A stretch of DNA of 63,852 nt, counting the filler, from Choristocarpus tenellus KU-1152 (taxonomy: Eukaryota > Protista > Phaeophyceae), in assembly GCA_964200185.2 (NCBI GenBank). It is 10 parts of 10 records of this genome, joined end to end, with 100 filler letters (N's around TTAATTAATTAA, not from the genome) between each part and the next. Parts side by side here need not be neighbours in the genome. Positions count along the whole stretch, not along the records: positions 1 to 11,362 come from CAXNAD020002368.1; positions 11,463 to 20,880 come from CAXNAD020003688.1; 8 more parts are not named here. One strand, written 5' to 3'. A program made the translations under genes and the position numbers. This document shows, piece after piece, positions 1 through 11,574 of this stretch (its first letter is position 1; the number at the start of each line of letters is the position of its first letter). The notes beneath the pieces were generated by a model. That model did not search any database. It was not told the DNA's origin and was given only the letters and a program-made list of their open reading frames with translations.

Positions 1-545
1 GGATGTGGTTTGTAATTGTATTTGTTGATGTAAAGATTAGAATATCATTATTATTTGTCAAAACCCTAACGCACGTTTTTTGACTGTCTTGAGTTTTCAA
101 GAATGGAATTCTAGTTCAAAACTAGAAGGTCCCCTTATGTCATCTCTTCAGTTAAAAAAAATATTAAGGTTGCCAAAAAGCGGTTTAAGTATTTAAGTAA
201 ATTGTAGGGTACCAGTTGGAAGTGAGCTTTATGTTTAGGGAAATTGGAAACGTTTGAGACCCATAAAGTGCGTGCTTGGTATTTTTTAAAATGGTAAGAA
301 CGGATATATCTGGATTTACTATTTCTAAAAATCCTCATGTACATGTTTAGGGTTCTTTCTTTTTCAAAGAACAGAATGAAAATTCGAAACTGGTATTCCC
401 CCTTTCGTCGTCTGTAGATTGTTTAAGAATGCATATGTCCAACAATTTCAGATTTTGTATCTCAAAAAATTGGAGGGTGCCATTTTGTTTTTTACCTTTT
501 GGTTTCGGAACATTGGAAATCATTATTATCATCAATTAAGTATGT
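1..545 (-). repeat. Diverged inverted copy of the region upstream of the ParB-like gene (61475-62032)
   Basis: Colinear blocks match the reverse complement of 61475-62032, e.g. ggatgtggtttgta..gatgtaaagattagaatatcatt, gtaccagttggaagtg, gagacccataaagtgcgt, ctggatttactattt, atcaattaagtatgt. Confidence 0.9.
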
Positions 546-1014
546 CCTACTACCACCTTCGGCATGGATTCCCATTCAAAAAGGGGCCCTTAAAAAGTGC
601 CGCAACATTTACAAAAAAATATGTATCGGCACTTTTTCCGCACCATTTCGGTCAAAACCATCCTCAATAGTACGCTCCATCTTCAAATTTTAATATCCAC
701 TGTTATATGTAGATCCATGGTGAAATGGAGAAAATACAACTTTCGATCGACTGGTCAGATATGTCAGATATGCATGGTCCCAATATCAAATTGCTTCCTC
801 CATTTGGAATTAAATGTAACATAAATTTGCAAAGCTCCGTTCTCCCCCAAGAACGACCCATGTTGATAAACCCTTTGGATGAGGCTTGATTCTCATACAG
901 ACTGGGAGGCGTGCAAAATTTGATATGGTGGGCTGTCATGACTGTGGAGGATCACCAGTGCAAAATCGACCCCAGTCGCATTTGTAAGGGTTCAAAAACC
1001 TGGCGAAACTGTCA

Positions 1015-2120
1015 ATGTGCGGACTTACTGACATGCCGAGGACAAAGGACCCCCGTCATTCGAGTGGCTCACTCATCCCAGTGCCGACCATCACTCACAA
1101 TTCTTCGTCCAAGAAGACTGTCCGTGGTCCAGACTCAAACATCCCAACGAAGAACAGCATGGTGGCGCAATGCCTGAAGGTGAGAGGTCGCAAGACTCGG
1201 ATGTCTCAGGGGACAGTGGTGACCATTTCGGAGGACTTCCGAAATTCCTGAATCACCGTGTTCTGTTTGTTGTCTGAAGGAGTATGATAATCAGATCACA
1301 CGACATGAGTGCATGGACCTTGTATAATGTCACAAGGGGTGATGTGGCCACCGTACAAGTATCCTCGACATTTGGGATGTCCCATTGGTACACCACACAT
1401 CCTTCCGCAAATTGGTGGCCAAAGCTGAGGTCTCCCTTTGACTTGTTACAACTGTGGGGTCTGTCCAAGCGCAAGAAGGTGAAGAAGGGCAAGTGGTGGA
1501 TTAAGTAGTCCTCTCAGACCAGCAGAAAGTCAACAGGGTGGTTTTCTACATCAGCCACAGGTACAGGAGGAAGTGGGGTACTAGTGGTTAATCTATATGA
1601 CTTGGTGCACGTGGACGAGAAGTGGTTCTACCTCCTCAAAGATGGGCAAGGTGTCGACCTGCACCCCACTGAGGACCCTTCCAACCCCCCACGGGCACAG
1701 AATAAGCATTACATTACGAAGGTGATGTTCCTTGCAGTTGTGCCCTAGGATGTACTTCAACGGGATGTGGTTCAATGGTTAGATCTATCCAATCGTGGAG
1801 ACTAATGTCGCTCAGTGCTCCAGCAAACACCGTCCCAAGGGCACCAAAGTGCTTGTGCCAGCCATGGTGGATGGGGAGAGGTATAAGCAGCTCATGATTG
1901 AGGATGTCATCCTAGCAATAAGGGTCCACGTGCCTGGGTCGAAAGACACCATTTTCGTCGAGGAGATGGGACAGGGCAAAGTCACACACCAAGGAGGGGA
2001 TCATGGAGGAAATTGAGGAGGTGGTAGGTTACAACGTTGTCATAGAGACTCAGCCAGTCAACTCACCTGACCGCAACGTCAACAACCTGGGATTCTTTCA
2101 TTCCATCCAGCAATTGAAGG
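1015..2120 (+). mobile_element. Degenerate Tc1/mariner (DD39D, plant/oomycete-type) transposase
   Basis: Motifs YDLVHVDEKWFY, KVMFLAVV, AQCSSKHRPKGT, YKQLMIEDVILAI and QPVNSPDRNVNNLGFFHSIQ, broken by stops and frameshifts. Confidence 0.9.
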
Positions 2121-5100
2121 AATACGTGGTTGACCCAGTAGGTTGTGTTAGCAGTCCTCACCAAGCAGAGATCTGGGAACTGAACTGGGGTCCAAGGGTG
2201 AGAACGCCTTCATAATTTCCCATCTTGGCAAGGAAAAGGCTGAGAAGGTGGGCAAGCTCCCTGTTGAAACCTGATTTTGTATGAGTTGTGTGTTGTTGTG
2301 ATGTGTCTGGTAGGTCTGATGACATGTAGTATTCGGCCAGACAGTGTTCGATTTGAAGGTATGTTTGGTTGTGCAGTGATTAACACGGTTAGAGGCAAGT
2401 GTGTGTCATAGTGCAACAAGACACCTGCGGGTTCAGTTTGATGTGTCTGAAGGGATGTCTTACTCAATCAGACTTTGGTTGAAGTGAGATGGGTGCTGGT
2501 ATGTCTGTGGCATATTTTATTCAAGAAGACGGTGATTGACAGAAACTGTGTGCTCATTCATTGAAACATTCAAATGAAGAAATTTACCCTATGTGGAGAG
2601 GGTTGTCACCTTGGCAGAGAAGGGCTTCGAAGGATGGTTTTAACTGTGTTTATACTGCATCCTGACGTGTGCCTTATATGTGTTGCAGAGCGATGGGATG
2701 GCTTACGATGGGGCAATGCCAGTCAAGCAAAATAAAACAATAACCAACACATCCTATGCAACTGAAAACTTGCGTCATGGAGATGAAGTAAAAACAAAGA
2801 AGAAAGAAGAAGACAAGCTTGAATCTATATCTAACATAACTAATATCCTTCATAGTATGTGTTTATGATGGACAGCGACTGTCCCTATGATTCTATCCAC
2901 TGTGACACACTTACAGTGGTTGAGTGTAAAGTGTGATGATGAGCTAATGATGGGAATGGGAATATCGACCAGTACAATGGACGAATCGGCACTCAGTGTG
3001 AGCTGATGATGCTGTATCGTATCAAAACAAATGAGTAGCCTATGTTTTAACACTCCCCCTAAATACCCTGGCGGATGCGGTGAAATACTGTGCTGGAATA
3101 GAGTTTTGGATAGCTTCGGTGGTGGAATCATAGATAGGTGTAGGCGGTCCCATCTTGGTCGATATTTTGATGGGCAACCTTTTTAGTGTGTGCACAATAC
3201 ACCATAGAATATGAACGTTTAAAAAAAAAACTTGCATCTTTATTGGAGTTGCAAAGAAAGGTTGTATTGCATATAATTCCGAGCATAGATAGGAAGTAGT
3301 TCCTTCCGACATAATTCCTTAGTATACTGTATAATGTACTCGACCAGGATGTAAAACTCCTAATATCTTTATTTTTTTCGTCCCCACTCCAGTAAAAAAA
3401 TATCATTTTTTCCTGCTGGGTTAGACTTTCTTTATGGGCTAACTGTCTTGCATCCTTTGTTCGCTTACTTTCTATTCTTCCCCCCATGTTTTGTGTTTGA
3501 GCGATGATGGAGTTTTTGCCCTGTCAGCTCTGTTCTTCCTCTCATATTCTGATATTTTACCCTTTTTCTTTCATGGTCCCTGTTGCCTTTTCTCAAGCAG
3601 TGTGTTTTGCCTTCTCTGAACTACCATTTCGTCCATTATTGGTCTGGGATCCCTCAGGCTAAAGTGATGGGAAAATACTAGTAGTTTGGGTGCAAGCTTT
3701 TAGGTCTCGTCCTACTACAAGAATTTCCGTCCAACGTTGCACGAAGTAGTCAAGTCTTTCTTACAAGCTGAGTAGTAAGCAGACATTGCTAAAATGTGTA
3801 GGTAGTGAGTATAATATGGAACACAAGATTGAGGTCAAGAAAGGATACTACTCACAATTCAATTCATTTAGGAACATCCCAATTTTGTTTTGTCTCAAAC
3901 CAAACCGCGCACAGACGAAAGGGAAGAATCTCTTACAATTGATTGGTCAACACATAGTTACACCTGTTGCAACATACACACCCATCACTAATGCACAGGA
4001 TATGTTAAGCAACATGCACTCGACAGTAATAACTTAATGGATACACCTTGAGTGAAATTAATCTCTAATAATGCGAAATAAAGAGGGTCACAATGGGGGA
4101 CCGCACTCATCAGAGTTGTGAATATTTTTGGTTAGAATATCGTGGGACATGAGATATACGTAAATAGAGAGATGACACGTGTGTAGATGTGTTTGGAATG
4201 GAATGGGACATAGCATGAGTTGCCTATGTCTTGGACTGGAGTGTCATGAGGTGTAATATATGCTGTGCATGTTTTTGACTTTAGTTTCAAAGATTATCTT
4301 GAAGTCAAGTATAAGGAAGGGGATAGTGTAAAATAGTGTTGGGTGGCATCATTATGATGTCCAGGTTATGTGTGCAAATTTTCTCAAGTCAATGAGACAC
4401 CCTGTGTGTACGGATATGTTTTCCTGCCCTTAGTTTCCTCATGCAAGCCGCTGTGGTATGTAAAAAATATGTGTGTGTGTCCATAGACTTTAGGTTACTA
4501 TACAGAAGATAGTGTACTGCTTACGTCTCTTCTTGTCAGTAAACCTTAATGAAGAAACAAAGTCAAAGGGGAGAGAGTTGACATGGCTGTAACTATAGAG
4601 TCCCATCATCCACAAAACCCGTTAATTGTCATTCACAACTGCACTATTGGCGTACAAGGGAGGCACATGCACCTCACATCTCCAACCCAAAAACACACGT
4701 GTACTGATCATCTGTAAGGACTGACAACATGCAATACACGTTCTTCTCCAGTTGCTTCCCCTGAGAACTCCTCTGCAGAAGTGATTGGTGCAGTAGCTGC
4801 CTAGCCAGAGCTAGCTCTAGGTCATTGATATTGTGACTTTGATGTGAATGTGAGATATTGGCTGGACTACATAATGGGGACTACTGTTGAGGGGAACGCT
4901 ACCCAACGTGTGACTGATTTCTACACTGATTTCGGTTGTTCCAACTTCAACTTGAGGTTGTGGCATTCCCCTCCCAACTCTGCTCCACCACATGTTTCAT
5001 TGCACCCCGGTTGAATAGATGAATAACTCTGATCATTTTGCCTTCCACATTGAAGTGGAACACCCCTCACAGCCAATGCTAACCTCAGTACAGCTGCCAT

Positions 5101-5266
5101 CATAGAGGGGAGAGAGGCCATGATCATTCTAACCCTATTCATCTTGTTTCCTTACACAAGGGAAGACAGGAAAACTTTCATCCTTGTTAGCACCCAAAAG
5201 AACAATGGCCATACATGCAACAATGCACATGAACCAACTCATGGGGTTGATCGCTGCTTCCTTACT

Positions 5267-8200
5267 TCACCTCCAACCTTCCATCTCGTCTGGCTCAAGG
5301 CGCTTCTCGATGCGCTTAACTGTTGTCATGTCACCTAACAAAAGTAGACAGAAATAAAAAGGGTGTTGTGCGTATGTATGTGTGTGGGTTGGGCATCAGG
5401 CGTCCGTGTGACATTTCTTGTAAAGGAAATCAGGCGGTACTGGAAACTCGAAAAATGGCCACTCTTCAGAAATTGAGTCAGAAAAAAATCAATGGGGGGC
5501 GGAACATTGTGACAGCGTATGTAAATAATTGATTTCTTAGCATAAGGAAGAAAAGAAAATTATGCTGCAGGAGATTTGCTTGATTATTGCACTGCCCCAC
5601 CAATCAAACTCTTTCAAAATTTCCAATGCTGGTGCATGTGTTGGAACTTTCTAGCCTTTTTGGGGATGGCCAACCCCCATTCATCTCAAAAGGTGCATGC
5701 ATCTTCAGTTGGTAACCTCCTTTAATTTTCCAGTAGAGCACTAGAAACACAGTAAAACAATCACTCACTTCTAATCCTAACTCTCCCCTTTCAACACCTA
5801 CAACTCACCCTGCTTGTAGGCCATCTGCATCTCCGCCCTAAGAAGATCTTGGGATTGCATGCTCTCCCTCTTCTTTCCAGTAATGGATGCCTGTTCTCCA
5901 CCCCGGCACACATTTACACACACAGATGCACAAATGCATTGTGTCAACACAGGGTAGGGCGGTGAAAGTTCATGTTGAGACTACAACACAAAATATAAAA
6001 TAATTTGGTAAACCAATTTGTGCACATACTAGTTGGAGAGGGGACACAAGCATATATACACACATTAATGAATATGTTACACAAGCGCAGAAATATGCCA
6101 TCGGGTGAAGTAACTTTGGTTGTGAAATCTACCTGTAGAAGAAGGTCACAAAATCTGTAACATGTGCTGGACAAAGGACATTGCCTGACACAGAGCTGAG
6201 CTAAGCAACATAAAAGCTGTTGGGAGTGTTGTTGCAAGCTACTGCACCAACGAGTTAGGGAAAAAGGGTTAGGGTTGAAACGTGAGGCCCTTATGACTAC
6301 AGTATGAGTCAATGCCCAAGTACAACCAGTGTTATTCTTGAGAGTAGTGATTACTTACCTACAAAACGATAAATATCACTTCGAATCATATCACCAAGAT
6401 ACTAGAACAATAATATATATATACTACCACCGGGTAACAGAAGACAAGCTAAAAAATAGAAAAAAAGGACCCATATGCACAAGGTATACAGCAGGAGAAC
6501 ACTCAATGTCTTACTCTCAGAAACCACTCGCTCACCATAATTTCCACAAACAGCAAAATACTAGCATGGGCTCAATGGGGAAGATTGTTGTCAATTTGAG
6601 TCCAATCGCAAAAATTCACACCTTGACAAGGCGGTCAAACTCCTGATTGGCCAGCTCTTTCTTCTTGATTCTATTACGTTGAACCTCCATTTCGTCCTGT
6701 CTCAGTGCTTCCGAATCACCAGTTGTCCTCTTCCTAGCCTCCTTGGCCTTTTTTCCTGAACCAGAAAAGTAAACAGATATAAAGGGGATAGGAGGGCAGA
6801 GGGTATTTTGTCTTACTTGCAACACCTCTTGCATGTGTTCTTCCTAAATGATACAAACTTAACACAACAATAAGTCATAATATCAAACCCCACCACACAC
6901 AAAACATAATGTAGGATGTACATAATCCAGTGAGTTCACTAATTATAATTGATATATACCTGTATCATTTCTATAGCAACCTATCACTTCAAAAGAAGAA
7001 AGATTCTTGCACAAACCAAAATAGCCCCAACCTTAAACAGGAGAGAGTGAAGAGGACCAATGAAAAGACCAGCACACATTAGGAGTCAAAGCACAGTTTT
7101 TCTGCCAAGAATTCAAGGAGAAGTAACTCTCATTCCACCTGCCAGTTCCTCAGCTGTACTAAAGGCACTCTTCCAAACTGTGACTCAATCAAGTGGCCGC
7201 AGACAAACAGTCCAAGTCACATGTAACACATACAGTCCTGTCAGTCTAACATAGCAAAACATGCTACTAATATTACTCAGTACTACACAGCCAAGTCTAG
7301 CTCACATTTTCCATAGCACTCCGTATCAAAAACAGTACATTGTAATCTCTGCAGTGAGTCTATTAGTATTAGAAGGGAACCACTTCTCCACACACAAATG
7401 TATGTATGTGTCTACACCACAAGAAAGGAATAGGGTAGACTAAACAAGTAGGTCCTACTGCAATTACATTCCATCATATACCAAATATGCTATGTGGGCT
7501 GTAAGCCAGTTCTTGCTGCTTCAGGTACACTTGAAAAAGAGCACCCCTGCAACCTCATACCTCTCCTATGTTTTAAATACTTGGTTCTCCTTCACCCACC
7601 AAGTTGTTGATCAGCACAAATGTCTCTTCACAAAGGGTTCTGGTGGGCAATGATTTCAGTGAGAATCCACCTCCATGACAATTAAGGGTACAATGACACT
7701 AACAAGAGTAGTATAATCGGCTATGGACTTCGAGTCATTACTAAAACACTGCTATTTTAGAGTTAGGGTTTAAGGGATAAGATTACACTACAATTTCAAC
7801 AGTGTCTCGCCACTACCGCCTGAGTATCAATGTTGTACTCCTTTCATTAAAGGCTCACTGTTGTATTCCTTTATCTCCCACTTCTCCAGGTCCACATACT
7901 TGGGGTGCGGCAAGGTGGCTGTATTGAAGTCCTCCATGTAACCCTTGAAGTATTCCTTTGTCTTTGGAGCAAAAAAAAACGACAACAGAAATCACAATGT
8001 TTAAATTAATACACTCATTCACATTTTACTGTTACACTCCACTCCTACACATCGAAGCAGTAGGAAACATTTCTGACAAAATTCATAAATACATGCAAGA
8101 ATATTATTATTATTATTATTATATACTACACAGAGTGGGTTTTGTGCTCATAAGTATCTGTTATATACCTCCACAGTAGTACTATCTTGGGATGATATTC

Positions 8201-10002
8201 TCGACCAAAGCTTTGATGAAACATAAAAAAAGCAATGAACCTTGCTGTACAGAGCTACAACAATGGTATGCTACCTTCCACAAGACCATTAAGGATAAAC
8301 AAGACTCAAGGCATTTCACTGCTACTACTATAGGCAGAGTAATAACAAAACGTCACAAACAACGACAACCCTAACCCTAACCCTAAATTAAAACCAGTTG
8401 CGGTTTGAATGTGGGCAGGTGTACAAAAGAAAAAGAATAACCCTTCATCGCAAAGACAACAAACATCTTTTTTATATCCTTTCAAGAATTTTTTCAAAAC
8501 ACAAAAGACACCGACTCGTTAATTTTTTCAAAACACAAGGGCAGACCCAACTGGACATCGAACGCATCAGAGCATGCCATAATAAAAAAAAGAAAAAGAA
8601 GCCGATACAATACTAAACTTTCCCAAATTTAGTCCAAACAATCACTCAGTTGCAGCGGGGGGATTCACCTTACTTTTCTAGAGGCTGGGGGGAAAATGTG
8701 CACCCTGCACTAACCAGTGGCACTCAAACGTCAACTACTATGGGGCCGACTGAGTAGATGTATTCTTGATAGGCGGGCTTTTCTCATCAGAGGTCCATGC
8801 CTGTCGACCACGTCCCCATTGGACCCTTGTAGAGTTCAACAGATATGTTCAAATACATTGAAAGTTAAAGGATGTGTCCCTACTCTCACCCTACACACCA
8901 ATGATGAGGGACGGCAGTAGCGCCTCTACTCTCTATAACTCTATAGCGACAAAAAGGCACCTGTACAAATAAGACTGAACCTTGTGTATGTAGCAAAAAA
9001 CAACACCCACGGAAAAAAAAAAGGTTCAACTCTCTGTTTGAGAGTTTGAAACAACAATTGTCCACAATAAAAAAAAAGGGAAGGGCCCTACCCAGAAAGT
9101 GCTCCCTAAGATATTTATTTTTAAACTAAAATCAACAGCAGAATCATCACAGATATAAACACTACCTATCCGAGGGGTTAGCAATAACATTTCCTTCTCA
9201 ATAGCATTTCAATAACATCTCAATAACATTTCCTTCTACAGCAGCCCCTTGCATACATGGAAATATAGAGCTAATGACGAGCACTAAACAGCATATTTTG
9301 TCGTATGGGGTGCAGTAAATGAAGGCCATTCTAAGTGGAGAAAAAATGGAGAAAAAAAAGGGGCCAAAAAATTTCAAACCCACCACAACATTTACTTCTT
9401 TTCATGGTCATCCCCAACAATTGATGTGTGATATGTCCTTGGTTTGAACGAACCACTGTCCAGTACCAGGTCCTCCCACGTCATTCCAGTCAGCGAGGAG
9501 ATCAAGAGATCAAGACTTTGATGGCGAGAATTCTTAGTTCAAACCATTGAATGCCGCACAACATTCGATGACCACAATCATCAATAGTTCTTAGTCCAGA
9601 CTGTGACTACAGTAATCCTAACCCTAATCCTATAAGTATATGTACGGTTTTAACAGTTTTTAATCCAGACTGCAACTAAAGTGTCGATATTAAGCATACT
9701 TTCAAGTATATATATATGTATGTAGATGTAAATATTCAATAAACAACTTGTACTTCAACAGAAAGTCTACTAGTAACACACGATCTTGACATGCAGTCTT
9801 ACACTTAGTATTATACATAGTCCTATACATCAATCAACACGCGTGTGAAATAGCCAATTGGAACCCATCATTTCTATGACAGCTACAAAACAAAAGTGCT
9901 ACTACTACTACTACTACTACCCTTTCTGGAGTTGGGGACACATGAAGCGAGAGAGAGCTGTACAGCCAGAAAACGTCAGAGTACTCTCAATAGCAGATAC
10001 TG

Positions 10003-10044
<42 letters not shown>

Positions 10045-11073
10045 ATGTAATGGATGGTAGTCAAAGCAATGAATGAACTGCATTCAACTCCACGATTTTT
10101 TTCCTGTGGCATGGGGGTCTGGATCCACACCCTCGCTCACCTCCCACTTGGCCATCATGTCCAAATTTCCAATTCCTTTTTGCTCCACCATCCACACCTG
10201 GTGATTTAGTTTTGCACCACGGTAACGATTTCAGCAATTGAGTTTTGGTCTCATTTTTTGTTCAACAGAACATGGTTGGAATAAATACACTACATATAAT
10301 ACTACATATTACTCTTGTGGTGACATACTGTAGCACACACTAACCCTAACCCTAATCCTAACCCTACTCCAATGCTCAGCCTTCTCGTTCCAATATTTTT
10401 TTCAACATTTTTTCCAACGCAGACATGGGTCCAAAATTATAAATATACTTGGAAATGTATGTACACATTTTATTCTATTTCGTTGGAGTAATACAGTGAT
10501 ATAACTTGCTACTTCTAAGCACTTGAAAAATACTTTAAACTGTCCATCCACGTATATCACACTCATCTGTATCAGCAGGTTGCGTTAAATACATTTGCCT
10601 TCTTTTGCATGAGCACAGTGAGCGATATCTGCATATCACCATATTTCATTATCATCAAGACACAAATACATGTACTATTTGTCAATGCCTCCCACACTCA
10701 CCTCAAACTCCCCCTGCCTTATGAAGAAGTCACACCCCTTCAACAACACCTCCTGCACTCACCTCAAACTCCCTCTGCTTAGTAAAGAAGTCAGATTCCT
10801 TCAGCACCCCCCACTTCCCAAAGTCGTTCTGGTTCACAGCTCCCATTCGCTGCTGCTTCTTTCTCCTCTCCACCTCCTCCCATTCCTTGTCCTTGTCTTT
10901 TTTCTTTTTTTCCTTCTTTTTTGAGTTTTTTTTTTCTTTTCTTCTATGTTTTTTTTTATTCTCATCACTCTCTTTCAGAGAGCTCTTTCTCCTGTGATAA
11001 TCATCGCCACTCTTGTCGCTATCATTCTCTTCTTCCTCCCTCTTTCTTGCCTTCTTGCTCTTGCGATGACTTT
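5267..11073 (-). CDS. Conserved uncharacterised K/E-rich protein with FGKWG..EF..W..E.K / F..YMEDFNTATLPH.KY motifs; 6 exons, 5' end not visible
   Basis: Exons ~11073-10763, 10197-10141, 7961-7859, 6755-6622, 5890-5809, 5334-5267 join in phase at GT-AG sites: ...FGKWGVLKESDFFTKQREFE|VWMVEQKGIGNLDMMAKWE|TKEYFKGYMEDFNTATLPHPKYVDLEKWE...|...LRAEMQMAYKQG|DMTTVKRIEKRLEPDEMEGWR*. Confidence 0.85.
10003..10043. repeat. (ACT)n microsatellite; a shorter (TAC)n tract lies at ~9900-9920
   Basis: Directly visible trinucleotide run. Confidence 0.95.
10367..10488. mobile_element. Stowaway-like MITE
   Basis: TA|CTCCAATG ... CGTTGGAG|TA: short inverted termini with TA duplication and an AT-rich interior. 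Confidence 0.55.
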
Positions 11074-11362
11074 TCTTTTGAGGATGAGATTGTTTCGTTG
11101 ATCAAGCAAAGCAAATGAGAGATGAGAGATGAGAGGGACATTGAACCATCAAGTACGAAAACAGGGGATCAAACGAGGACAAGCATGAAAAAATATCATG
11201 GATCAGGAGTAGTGAGAAGAAGGCAATGAAACAATTATTTTTGCACAACAAAACACAAAATCAGTTATTGCAATAGTGACATTGAAGGACAGGCTATGTT
11301 TGTGTGTGGGAGTGGCAGGGGGGTGAAGGGGGACGGGGGCAGCAGCAAGGGCCAGGTTAGGG

Positions 11363-11462
11363 NNNNNNNNNNNNNNNNNNNNNNNNNNNNNNNNNNNNNN
11401 NNNNNNTTAATTAATTAANNNNNNNNNNNNNNNNNNNNNNNNNNNNNNNNNNNNNNNNNNNN
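11363..11462. other. Artificial contig spacer N44-TTAATTAATTAA-N44 (also 20881-20980, 28097-28196, 37736-37835, 41604-41703, 46426-46525, 49414-49513, 57407-57506, 61024-61123)
   Basis: Nine identical 100-bp spacers carrying a six-frame stop linker. Confidence 0.98.
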
Positions 11463-11574
11463 ATACTCACCCTGCCTTCCCTCCCTCCTTTGCCCTCTGT
11501 CACTTGTTCTTCCCCCTCCCACCCACCCCCCCTACACACGCACGTCTGGTCTGGTCTGGTCTTGTTGTGAGCAG

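Noticed and set aside
2200-2640. Possible second Copia relic
   Set aside because: Only faint motif echoes; too degraded to support.
3128-3487. 119-aa ORF, and likewise 17388-17708, 28633-28980, 31425-32021 and 59630-60088
   Set aside because: No recognisable motifs or supported splice structure; likely chance ORFs or decayed repeats.
11407-11418. TTAATTAATTAA as a biological palindromic repeat
   Set aside because: Always centred in N runs; it is an assembly linker.
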